From the IMG/VR virus record IMGVR_UViG_3300046522_000316, positions 160,001 to 224,000 of that record: a stretch of 64,000 nucleotides of DNA, one strand, 5' to 3'. Positions 50,843-58,973 of this stretch are shown one piece after another. Numbering within the stretch: the first letter of the stretch is position 1; each line of letters begins with the position of its first letter. Position numbers and translations under genes: made by a program. Under the pieces are notes generated by a model that saw only the letters and a list, made by a program, of their open reading frames with translations, made no database searches and was not told the DNA's origin. The stretch is from a virus (lineage: Duplodnaviria > Caudoviricetes).

Positions 50843-51829
50843 TCACTCGGCCAGCTGGATAGGCCGCATGTAATCCTCGACGATTTGAACGGCCTTGCGG
50901 CTGTCATCGTTCAGGCTACAGGTGCAGGTTACACGTGCATTGTCGTATACGCGGAACCACACTTTGAAATCTTTGTTCGTTTTGGAATGAAGCGTTACGC
51001 CCGCCGATTCGATCAGGCCTTTCAGTGGCCCTGTCTTATGCACTTCGGCCCGAACGCTACCAAAGACGAACATGTCAAGGTCTGCGAAGTCCGGATGCTG
51101 ATCAATGGCCTGCGTTAGGTCACACAGAATCTTTTCCGGGCGGATGCGTTTGGTTGGACAAATGAAGTCAGGATCACCGATCACAATCCAACCCAAATCC
51201 TCTTCGTCTTCACGTTCATAGCGAACGTTTTCAGACACGAACACATCCATGCGGCGACTGCCGCAACGACGCTCGGAAATCTTCGAATAATCGGTAATCG
51301 GAACGGCTGCAATTTCCTGCACATCTTGCGCCGTGAGTTCATGTTTTACGTGACGAAACAAACCGCCATGGGCCGTGCGCGATGGCTGGTACTTGATACC
51401 GGAACCGAACACGCTGAACAGCACAATTTCGGTGCCTTCCAGAATCACATCCACACGCGGGCGCAGGTTATGTTCCCATTTGTAAAACACTTCAGCTTTA
51501 CGGATTGTTTCCAGCTGCGCAACCAGTTCTTCGATGCGCAGGATTTCTTTTTTGCGCGCTTCGTAACGGGTGATGATCGCGAACGCCAGATGCATCAGCA
51601 CATGGTCATAATCAAACTCACCACCGGCCCCACGCAGAGGACGCATATTGAGGTCGATGCCCGGCGCGGTGAACGTCACTTTGTCCACATGCTTTTCGCC
51701 GTACATGCTGTATTCAATACGCAGTTTGCCACGGTCGGTTTCGACAAAATCATCGCCGCATTTCAACCGGTCGAATTCACCGTTAATGTGTTCCTGACAT
51801 TTGACAACAAACGTTTCGAGATTCATCAA
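50843..51829 (-). CDS. Hypothetical protein (328 aa)
   Basis: Long ORF with an ATGA overlap. Confidence 0.75.
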   Translation of the reverse strand: MMNLETFVVKCQEHINGEFDRLKCGDDFVETDRGKLRIEYSMYGEKHVDKVTFTAPGIDLNMRPLRGAGGEFDYDHVLMHLAFAIITRYEARKKEILRIEELVAQLETIRKAEVFYKWEHNLRPRVDVILEGTEIVLFSVFGSGIKYQPSRTAHGGLFRHVKHELTAQDVQEIAAVPITDYSKISERRCGSRRMDVFVSENVRYEREDEEDLGWIVIGDPDFICPTKRIRPEKILCDLTQAIDQHPDFADLDMFVFGSVRAEVHKTGPLKGLIESAGVTLHSKTNKDFKVWFRVYDNARVTCTCSLNDDSRKAVQIVEDYMRPIQLAE

Positions 51830-52068
51830 ACGATCCTTAGCCGTGGTCGGCAGATATTTTTAACCATCTGGATTAACCGGTCATTCTCTTCGAACACGAC
51901 GCCGGTTGCTTCCACTTCGTGCGGGTTTTCCCACACTTTAATAATTCCGAGGCTCACACCGCATACGGTGATCATCCAACCGCTGAAGTCGCGGTCGTTG
52001 TGACAGCCACAAATGTCATTCAGATGCAGACGAAAAATGTCCTGAAGTTCTTCTTTCTGATCGGCCAT
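51826..52068 (-). CDS. Small protein ending in RPRLRIV (SspB-tail-like)
   Basis: RBS TAGGA; C-terminal motif. Confidence 0.65.
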   Translation of the reverse strand: MADQKEELQDIFRLHLNDICGCHNDRDFSGWMITVCGVSLGIIKVWENPHEVEATGVVFEENDRLIQMVKNICRPRLRIV

Positions 52069-52091
52069 ATTTTCCTACCCTAGAAAGAGCG

Positions 52092-52113
52092 ATGGCGCCC
52101 CGGAGGACGCCAT
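52092..52113 (-). terminator. Terminator-like hairpin after the Nudix gene
   Basis: Minus strand ATGGCGTCC-TCCG-GGGCGCCAT, then CGCTCTTTCT. Confidence 0.55.
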
Positions 52114-52119
52114 TTGCTT

Positions 52120-52638
52120 TTACGCGGCTTTCTTCAATTTTGCAGGCTTCAATTTCTTGATCGCCTCTTTGTCTTTCTTCGGCAGCTTCTTGATTTCATC
52201 AAGGAACTTGTGGTGTTCCCGGCTCAGCTTATCGCGGGCTTCTGGAATGGTGAACCACTTGCGTTTCCGCATGTGCTTTTCCTGCCAGTCGTCCAGCTGC
52301 GTGTGAAACTCCATCGCGTACATCACGACGTTTTGTTTCATGCCGTCTTTTTCGTATTGGAACTTGCCGATCTTTTTGGTAACGGTGCCAGAAACTCCCG
52401 CCTCTTCCCAACATTCTTTCGCCGCGTTTTCACGGGCGTCCAAATGCTTTTCCTGACCGCCTTTGGTAAAGCCCCACCAAGCGCCTTTCTTCAATTTCTT
52501 GACCAGACAAACTTGGCGGATACCGTCCTTGTCCCGGTAAGGAATGCAGCCCGATTGTTCACGGACTTTCATTTTCTTTTTCTTTTCCGGTTTTTTGGAT
52601 TTGGCTACTGCGATTTGGAGTTCAACCTGCATTTTCAT
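52120..52638 (-). CDS. Nudix hydrolase (DIPP/Ap6A/Ap4A-hydrolase-like) with Lys-rich termini
   Basis: SGCIPYR...WGFTKGGQE...AAKECWEEAGV Nudix box; W.E...RKRKWFT..EA. Confidence 0.88.
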   Translation of the reverse strand: MKMQVELQIAVAKSKKPEKKKKMKVREQSGCIPYRDKDGIRQVCLVKKLKKGAWWGFTKGGQEKHLDARENAAKECWEEAGVSGTVTKKIGKFQYEKDGMKQNVVMYAMEFHTQLDDWQEKHMRKRKWFTIPEARDKLSREHHKFLDEIKKLPKKDKEAIKKLKPAKLKKAA

Positions 52639-52701
52639 ACAGCCCCTTGTTAGTTAATGGAACGGGGTAAACCCCATCCCTATTAAATTACTGCTCACTG
52701 T

Positions 52702-52716
52702 ATATTTACAGTTTTT
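52702..52716 (-). promoter_or_regulatory. Candidate phage promoter AAAAACTGTAAATAT, overlapping the upstream stop codon
   Basis: Exact 15-mer; about 65 nt upstream of the Nudix ATG. Confidence 0.55.
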
Positions 52717-53548
52717 CGGGGGCTGCTTTAAAGCCTAGTGCGTACAGCGTTACCGTCTGCTTATCACCATCCAACAGTCGGTCAGTGGTTGCGCAATGTG
52801 CGGTGCGGAAAGTACCCACGTCTTTCGACGATATCCACGTCAGGCCGTATTCAAACGCCGCGTCGAGGAACGCGCCGGGATTCAACAAGGTTGCAACTTC
52901 GTTGCCGATTACTTCGCATTTTCGCTTCGGTATTTCCTGCGAAAACATTTCTTCGATACGGACTAGGAATTGCACCATGGCCGAAAAATAGAAATAATTC
53001 TTCGGCCCTTGCCATGCGAAATCTTCTTCCAGATCGTCGCAATCCACATCGTCACAGCCGTACATATCAGGCACAACGAATTTGAAGACGCCTTCGCCTG
53101 CGTAAGCACCGTTGGTTTTCTTCAGATGCGCCACAAGGTAAGGGCCGATGTAGAAGTTTGCCAGATGGCCTCTAGGCAGGTCATCGGTTTTAACTTCCAT
53201 CGGTGTACCACGCGCCCGGAAAGCCTCAAGCACCATACCGATGGCCCTTGTGGTTTTCTGTTTGAAATCCCGATTGTATTTCGCACCCTTGATCAACAGG
53301 TTAATGCATTCCTGCTGATTGCGAACGGGCGTCGGGAAACGGCGGTGCGTAATGCCTCGGTATTCAGCCGTGTATTTTGTGCCGGGAATGTTTTTGCTCA
53401 GGGCAACTTTTACCCCGTCTTTTTCCAGAAGAATTAAGGCAGCTTCGTCGTCTTCTGCGTGAAAGCGATGTACGCCATCCGCCACAAAACCAGCGGCCAG
53501 CAATTGGTCGGTGAATTCTTTCGCGTCAACCGGATTAAATCTTGGCAT
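52706..53548 (-). CDS. Hypothetical protein (280 aa)
   Basis: Long ORF overlapping the upstream gene end. Confidence 0.7.
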   Translation of the reverse strand: MPRFNPVDAKEFTDQLLAAGFVADGVHRFHAEDDEAALILLEKDGVKVALSKNIPGTKYTAEYRGITHRRFPTPVRNQQECINLLIKGAKYNRDFKQKTTRAIGMVLEAFRARGTPMEVKTDDLPRGHLANFYIGPYLVAHLKKTNGAYAGEGVFKFVVPDMYGCDDVDCDDLEEDFAWQGPKNYFYFSAMVQFLVRIEEMFSQEIPKRKCEVIGNEVATLLNPGAFLDAAFEYGLTWISSKDVGTFRTAHCATTDRLLDGDKQTVTLYALGFKAAPEKL

Positions 53549-53867
53549 CTGGATTCGCCTTAACGCGAGTGTGGCCGTAGGTGCTGACCTGTTGGAAAAG
53601 CGCTTCGTCGATTTCTTTGCGCGATTCCAGCTTCAGCGTTTCGGAATAACCACGGCAGAAAACTTTGCCGTTCTGGCCGTAGTTACAGAACCCGGCGCTG
53701 ATCGCTTTGCCCGGAATGTGACCGTTGCCCGAACGACGAATTGCCCGATGGGTCATTTCGTACATTTCGTTGTGGTTGATCGACTTCGGAAACATGATCG
53801 GCACGTTGTGAGTGTCGCCGGATTCGTCACGGGTTTCGATTACGATATATTTGAATGCTTCGCTCAT
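53535..53867 (-). CDS. Conserved phage hypothetical protein (KYIV...PIMFP...H...SAGF...C.GYSETL...R)
   Basis: Motif series shared with 62133. Confidence 0.7.
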   Translation of the reverse strand: MSEAFKYIVIETRDESGDTHNVPIMFPKSINHNEMYEMTHRAIRRSGNGHIPGKAISAGFCNYGQNGKVFCRGYSETLKLESRKEIDEALFQQVSTYGHTRVKANPDAKI

Positions 53868-54181
53868 TGTTCTGGATTCCTTGCCACGATGCTGATCGTT
53901 TCGCGATTGAGGTGTACCAGACTTTTTTCCAGTACGCCGATTTCGGTGTTCAGTAGGGCCACGCGTTGTTTGGTTTTTTCGACTTTGTTTTTCACGAAAT
54001 CAATCAACCACAACTGCGCTTCACGTTCGGTGGCAAACGACACCATAGGCTTAGACGCAGTGGCCCAACTTGCCCACGCGCCCTGCATGTAATATTGCGG
54101 GATATAAAGCTCGTTGAGTTTGATACCCGGCGCCGGTACGCGACAGAAAACGCGAAACGGAATTTGGTCAGGGCTATTCAT
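53864..54181 (-). CDS. Hypothetical protein with a C-terminal coiled coil
   Basis: ATGA overlaps. Confidence 0.65.
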   Translation of the reverse strand: MNSPDQIPFRVFCRVPAPGIKLNELYIPQYYMQGAWASWATASKPMVSFATEREAQLWLIDFVKNKVEKTKQRVALLNTEIGVLEKSLVHLNRETISIVARNPEQ

Positions 54182-54393
54182 GGTTTCAAATCCTTGGCCG
54201 CTTCTTTGTAGGACGCCACCGCGCCGTCACGAATGTGCGAAGCCAGAATGTAGAAACCGCATACAACACGTGCCACAAAATCCAACACACGGGATTCACT
54301 TTCCCACGACTGGTCTTCACGCTTATGGTTCACGGCAAACATGACGCCATAAACCAAGAAAACCAGAACTACCAACAGCACTAAATATTTCAT
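54178..54393 (-). CDS. Small membrane protein (71 aa)
   Basis: MKYLVLLVVLVFLVYGVMFAV TM; RBS GGAG. Confidence 0.65.
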   Translation of the reverse strand: MKYLVLLVVLVFLVYGVMFAVNHKREDQSWESESRVLDFVARVVCGFYILASHIRDGAVASYKEAAKDLKP

Positions 54394-54407
54394 TGTCCAT
54401 TGCTCCA

Positions 54408-54437
54408 AAGGTGCCCACCCGAAGGCAGGCCCCTTTT
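54408..54437 (-). terminator. C(UUCG)G tetraloop hairpin (weak terminator or mRNA stabiliser) closing the ligase operon
   Basis: Minus strand AAAGGGGCCTGCC-TTCG-GGTGGGCACCTTT, paired with G-U wobbles and one mismatch. Confidence 0.55.
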
Positions 54438-54442
54438 TTCAG

Positions 54443-54697
54443 TTATTGTTCGCCTTTCTCGGCACGGGCTGCATCACGCTTGCGTTTATCCCGTTCGTTG
54501 AGTGCGTTGGCTGCTTGGTGCATGGAATCTTCTATAAATTCCACTACGATCATGATCGCCGCAAACACACCGACCACAAAGTAGAAAATCGGATTCCACC
54601 ATTTGCGATCATCGCCCGTCTGCTCCTTGGATAGGTCGTAGCTAAACCACGACGCGTAACCGATCCACACCAGCAAAATCAGATAGATGAAAAACAT
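54443..54697 (-). CDS. Two-TM membrane protein (84 aa)
   Basis: TAATG coupling to the ligase; MFFIYLILLVWIGYASWF and WNPIFYFVVGVFAAIMIVV. Confidence 0.7.
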   Translation of the reverse strand: MFFIYLILLVWIGYASWFSYDLSKEQTGDDRKWWNPIFYFVVGVFAAIMIVVEFIEDSMHQAANALNERDKRKRDAARAEKGEQ

Positions 54698-56067
54698 TAT
54701 TCGTCTTCCCCTTCGCCGTAATATTCCGGGTTGTCGTTGATCAACACGTGCGGGATAAATCGCTCGTTCTTCCACGACAACGTTGGCGATTCGAATTCAC
54801 GAATGCACATCGTGGCCGCTGTCGATTCACGCATGGAATTGTAATCGGAAGCAACGTCGGGAACCATGAACATTCCGATGATGAAATTGTTCCGGCCTTC
54901 GACTTTGTGCGGTGCGTGGTACGCCTGATAAACGCAGTCGTCGCCTTTGTACGGGCCATCGGTGACGTGAGTTGTTGTACCCTGCGCGTCAAAGATTTCG
55001 ACGTTGCTGCTCATGCGACCAACACGTGGTTTTTTCACGTAAGAAACTTTATCGGTTTCGAATTTACGCTCATGCACGTAGGTTGGAATCACTGGCAAAT
55101 CGCCGTAACGCTCTGCGAACGCTGCGTCGTTTTCCAGCAGACGCCAGATGTAGGCCCAAATACCTTTGTTGCTGGTAAACCAACGCCACGCCGGTTCGAG
55201 CATGGTGGTATAGGACGCCCAGTTCTGCCATTCCTTGTACGCCTGCGGGAATGCCTCGACCATTTCTTCCCACGGCACCAACGCGAAAATAACCGTCAGC
55301 GGATTTTCACCGATGTGGAACGGGTTGGTTTTGTTGTTGAAGTCGTAGTCGATTTCCGTAACGTCTGCGAAAAGGCACACGTTGTTTTCGCCAAGAATTT
55401 GCGCGATAACTTCGGAGGTCGCAGTGTCCTCGAACGAATTGCTTTCGTGAATCACGGCAGCGTTGCCCGGAATCTCGCCCATGTCGCCAATCATGGTTTG
55501 CAGCAGCGGGTAAAAGCTATTCAGCTGCAATTCGTTGTCGCCGGTTACGGTTTCGCAAACCTGATTCTGGAACGAAACAGATTCGAAAAGCATGGTCGGC
55601 GTGTCGCCGTTGAATTCGTAGATCCCGGTCACTTCCTCGGTCACAGGATCAAACGCGGCGTCAAAGCGACCGTAGATCGCCTGACGGGCAGACCCATGGT
55701 CACGATAGGAGAACTTCGCGTAGTCGATGAAATACGGATGTTTGCGGAGGAAATCACAGCCCATAAAATACATGAGCGTTTCATTCGATTCGTTGAAGAG
55801 TTTCCCGACCGCCTCAACCAGCATTGCGTATGCGCGTTCGAAAGTGGTTTCGATTTTCGCGCAGGAACTCAGATGCAGATTGTAAACCGGCATGTGGGAA
55901 CTGTGTTCGAGGGGGAACGCAAAATATTCTTTTACGTCCGAGTAGAATTCCGCATCTGCTTCGGATTCCGGTTTCGGCATTTCGCGGTAGAAGGCTTGAG
56001 TCCACGGCAATTCCTCGACCATCAATTTGTTCAGGTCGAAGCCGATATTGTGATACGTGCAATGCAT
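54697..56067 (-). CDS. Glutathionylspermidine-synthase-like ATP-grasp ligase (YgiC/YjfC family)
   Basis: YGRFD, YEFNGDTPT.L.ES, F.LVPWEEM, EPAW.WF.SNKG, YVKKP.VGR.SSNVEI, YQ.Y. Confidence 0.9.
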   Translation of the reverse strand: MHCTYHNIGFDLNKLMVEELPWTQAFYREMPKPESEADAEFYSDVKEYFAFPLEHSSHMPVYNLHLSSCAKIETTFERAYAMLVEAVGKLFNESNETLMYFMGCDFLRKHPYFIDYAKFSYRDHGSARQAIYGRFDAAFDPVTEEVTGIYEFNGDTPTMLFESVSFQNQVCETVTGDNELQLNSFYPLLQTMIGDMGEIPGNAAVIHESNSFEDTATSEVIAQILGENNVCLFADVTEIDYDFNNKTNPFHIGENPLTVIFALVPWEEMVEAFPQAYKEWQNWASYTTMLEPAWRWFTSNKGIWAYIWRLLENDAAFAERYGDLPVIPTYVHERKFETDKVSYVKKPRVGRMSSNVEIFDAQGTTTHVTDGPYKGDDCVYQAYHAPHKVEGRNNFIIGMFMVPDVASDYNSMRESTAATMCIREFESPTLSWKNERFIPHVLINDNPEYYGEGEDE

Positions 56068-56097
56068 GAATAACTTCCTTGGAAAAATGCGAAAAGA

Positions 56098-56760
56098 TTA
56101 CGAGCCAGAACCGTGGGATGCTGCACGGGCACCGCCACCACCGGACATTACGCCAGACGCACGCGATGCAGCAGCCGCTTTATACGTGGCCGGGGCACTC
56201 GACGGGCTTGCACGCCATTGCGAAACGCGGTTGTTCATGTTCGAACGATACGACGGGCTAGACGTGACGGCAGCGCGGTTATTATTCATCAGCATCGACG
56301 TGTAGGCCGACGATCCGCTGTTACGGCATTTACGGCGATCTTGTTCGTTGCATTGCGTAGATTGCAACGGCTGGTGTTGCTGCTGATATTGCTGCATGCC
56401 GCCGTTCTGGTTCATCATTTTCGCCAACGCGTAACCACCGATGGCAGCAGCGCCAGCACCGGCCACCAACGGCCACACGGAATCGCTGCTTTGGCCGTTC
56501 GCTTCTTCACGCACAATATGCAATTGTTTTTCGCCGTTTGCACCGACGCCGTAATACGCATCTTTTACAGACGGATCTTTCGTTTGCAATTCCTTCACGG
56601 TTGCTTGCAAATCTTTTTCGTCTTCTGCGAGTTGTGCGCGGGTTGCCTGACCAGCCTCTTCGTCAACGTAGGCCTGTTCTTCGGCGTAGTCCGGGCTATC
56701 GTCACAGCCAGCGAGAATTACCAAACTTGCTGCTGCCAAAGCAATGACTTTTTTGTTCAC
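56098..56760 (-). CDS. YgiB/DUF1190-like lipoprotein
   Basis: GTG start; lipobox LAGC; QSSDSVWPLVAG...GGYALAKMM resembles YgiB [20 protein letters not shown] (recalled); Gly/Ser/Ala-rich tail. Confidence 0.7.
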   Translation of the reverse strand: MNKKVIALAAASLVILAGCDDSPDYAEEQAYVDEEAGQATRAQLAEDEKDLQATVKELQTKDPSVKDAYYGVGANGEKQLHIVREEANGQSSDSVWPLVAGAGAAAIGGYALAKMMNQNGGMQQYQQQHQPLQSTQCNEQDRRKCRNSGSSAYTSMLMNNNRAAVTSSPSYRSNMNNRVSQWRASPSSAPATYKAAAASRASGVMSGGGGARAASHGSGS

Positions 56761-56817
56761 TTCATTTGTTTCCTTAATGGGGGTGATGTGGGCCAGTCGT
56801 AACAACCTGACCCCTGA

Positions 56818-56825
56818 TATTTACA
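56818..56825 (-). promoter_or_regulatory. Candidate promoter core TGTAAATA
   Basis: 58 nt upstream of the lipoprotein GTG, the same spacing as at thyA and 50769. Confidence 0.5.
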
Positions 56826-57929
56826 TTATTCGGCGGTGGCGAGTTGCGGCAAACGCTTGTACAGGAAAGCCAGCAGGTTATCTTCGTGGGATTCGTCACG
56901 TGGAATCGTGAGGCCGTTATTGGTTTCCGTGTTGCGCCGTTCCATCCAGTACGTGACGGTTACGCCAGCATAAAATGCCATCGAAACATACGTGTCTTTC
57001 GGATCTTTATTGTCCGGCCACAGGAAAGCCACAATGCCCTCATGATCGAGCGTTACTTCCGGCGACGGCAAACCGTGTTCTTTCAACGTGGCGAAAAATT
57101 CACCTGCGTTGTTCAGACTGGCAGCAATCGGTTTTTCTTCACCGTCGCCTCCCCAGTTGAATTCGAGTTCGGCGTAAGTGTTTAGGGATTGTTCGGCCAC
57201 GGCGTAAAGCGCATTCGCTTTTTGCCGGGCTTCCTCTTCCTCCTTTTCGATTTCATTCAAAACCGCAACTTGTTCGTCGGTGTACGGCGGAATAACGCAC
57301 TCGGAATCTTCGCCAATTTCTTTGCGGTCGATACGCCCTTGCACCTGTTCGTAATCGGGTTCCGACCACGCCGGGGCGTCAGGATCGTTTGCTTCGGCTT
57401 GTTCCTGCGCGTGCATTTCTTCGTACATCGCTTTATCAGGATGTGGCAGACCGGCGACCACCATTTCCATGCACTGCGGGCAATGGTACATACCCATCGG
57501 CGCACCACACCACATTTCCGGATGTTCGATGCATTCGCCGTTGTTTTTGTACACACGGAAAATAACGGTGCGGATGTTGCCGGTTTCTTCGTTTTTCAGC
57601 ACGCGGAACGCAGTGTGAAATTCTTCCCAGTCGTATTTGAGCGCGTGCGTAAAAGCACCGATCAATTTCATCTGGTCTTCTTGTACGAGATTGCTACCCG
57701 CCAGTCCGAAAACGAAAGTCAGGCACTGCGTGGTTGCTTCGCCTTTTCCTTCGATGAAATAGTTCACGCCGTCTTTGTAGCGGAAGGGCACGATGCTGGC
57801 TGGCCCTGCGATGGAATCGAAAGAAATGCCCAGTTCTTTACCGTCGAACGGCGGCAGTTCCACATCCCACAAAACGTCACGCTGTGTGCCGTTGAAAACT
57901 ACGACGACTTCACCTTTAACCCACGACAT
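56826..57929 (-). CDS. Multidomain hypothetical protein with a CxxC Zn-finger-like segment and an acidic C-terminus
   Basis: CIEHPEMWCGAPMGMYHCPQC. Confidence 0.7.
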   Translation of the reverse strand: MSWVKGEVVVVFNGTQRDVLWDVELPPFDGKELGISFDSIAGPASIVPFRYKDGVNYFIEGKGEATTQCLTFVFGLAGSNLVQEDQMKLIGAFTHALKYDWEEFHTAFRVLKNEETGNIRTVIFRVYKNNGECIEHPEMWCGAPMGMYHCPQCMEMVVAGLPHPDKAMYEEMHAQEQAEANDPDAPAWSEPDYEQVQGRIDRKEIGEDSECVIPPYTDEQVAVLNEIEKEEEEARQKANALYAVAEQSLNTYAELEFNWGGDGEEKPIAASLNNAGEFFATLKEHGLPSPEVTLDHEGIVAFLWPDNKDPKDTYVSMAFYAGVTVTYWMERRNTETNNGLTIPRDESHEDNLLAFLYKRLPQLATAE

Positions 57930-58314
57930 AAAACACCTCAGTAAATGATTGAATTGTTCGTGCGATCAAAGCCTGCACAATCGAATCGTCAGACTGGTAC
58001 GGGCCACACGGATCATGCCAAACGTCAGGCAACGAATAATCGCCGTCGTAGTTTGGTTCGAGCCACAGCAGGCCCTCTTCTTCCCGGTGGCCTTGTGGGC
58101 AGCAGCTGATAACGCATTCGCGCATTTCCACACCGTACAGGCGCATCAACTGGTGTTCGCTAATGTAATGCTGCTGGCCGTCGTTTTTGCTGATCACATA
58201 ATTGGGAACGATCAGGAAATGTTTTTCATTCCGTGAACGGTTTACCCTGCGTAGCATTTCGTCGATTACTTCCTGTTGATGCGGCGGAAGGTCAACGCCT
58301 TTGTATTTGGTCAT
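57916..58314 (-). CDS. Hypothetical protein (132 aa; start revised to MTKYKG)
   Basis: ATGA overlap with the Arc gene stop. Confidence 0.65.
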   Translation of the reverse strand: MTKYKGVDLPPHQQEVIDEMLRRVNRSRNEKHFLIVPNYVISKNDGQQHYISEHQLMRLYGVEMRECVISCCPQGHREEEGLLWLEPNYDGDYSLPDVWHDPCGPYQSDDSIVQALIARTIQSFTEVFYVVG

Positions 58315-58973
58315 GGTTTCGGTGCTTCCAGATCCGTCGCCAAAACTTCTACGCAACCGCCGCCTTGCATTTCCACACGGGCCATAGTTCTTTGCTGTGT
58401 GAGACTCCCACCAATCCACATGTGGCGCACGATGCCGTTACGCCGTGCAGTGCTGACGTAAACCGGCATGCCTTCCTGCGCGATAAATTGCCGCTTCGGT
58501 GGCAAATAATCAGGGCCGTAGGGTTTCGGCAACGTCTTGATCAACGCTTCCAGTTTTTCGAAGGTCGTACTGTTGTGTTCGGAAACATCAGCAGCCTTGA
58601 GTCCCTGCACGTTTACCGGTTTAGCCATAGCCAGAACTTCTTTGATTTCTTCTTCGAATTTCTCGCCGTTGACATGCTGTTCAAATTCGACCGCGCTGTA
58701 GTGCCAGCTACCGGCTTCGAGCAAACGCAAAAACAGCGCACGCATCACCCGGTTCTGTGCTTCCAGTTCGGCGGAGCTACGCAGCGAATCCAGACTCGGA
58801 ATGACGCCGGTTTGTTTGTGGATTTCCAACATCATTTCGATCCACGAAACGATTTCGCTGTTCATGCTGCGATGCTGGCTGTCTGCGATGGATTTGATTT
58901 CTTCGCGCATGCCGTCCAAAAGACGCAACACGAATTTATCTGCGGTACGGCTGCTGTATGTTTTTGCACTCAC
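58311..58973 (-). CDS. Arc/ribbon-helix-helix transcription factor, AmrZ-like N-terminus with an unrelated C-terminal region
   Basis: [33 protein letters not shown]. Confidence 0.88.
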   Translation of the reverse strand: [220 protein letters not shown]

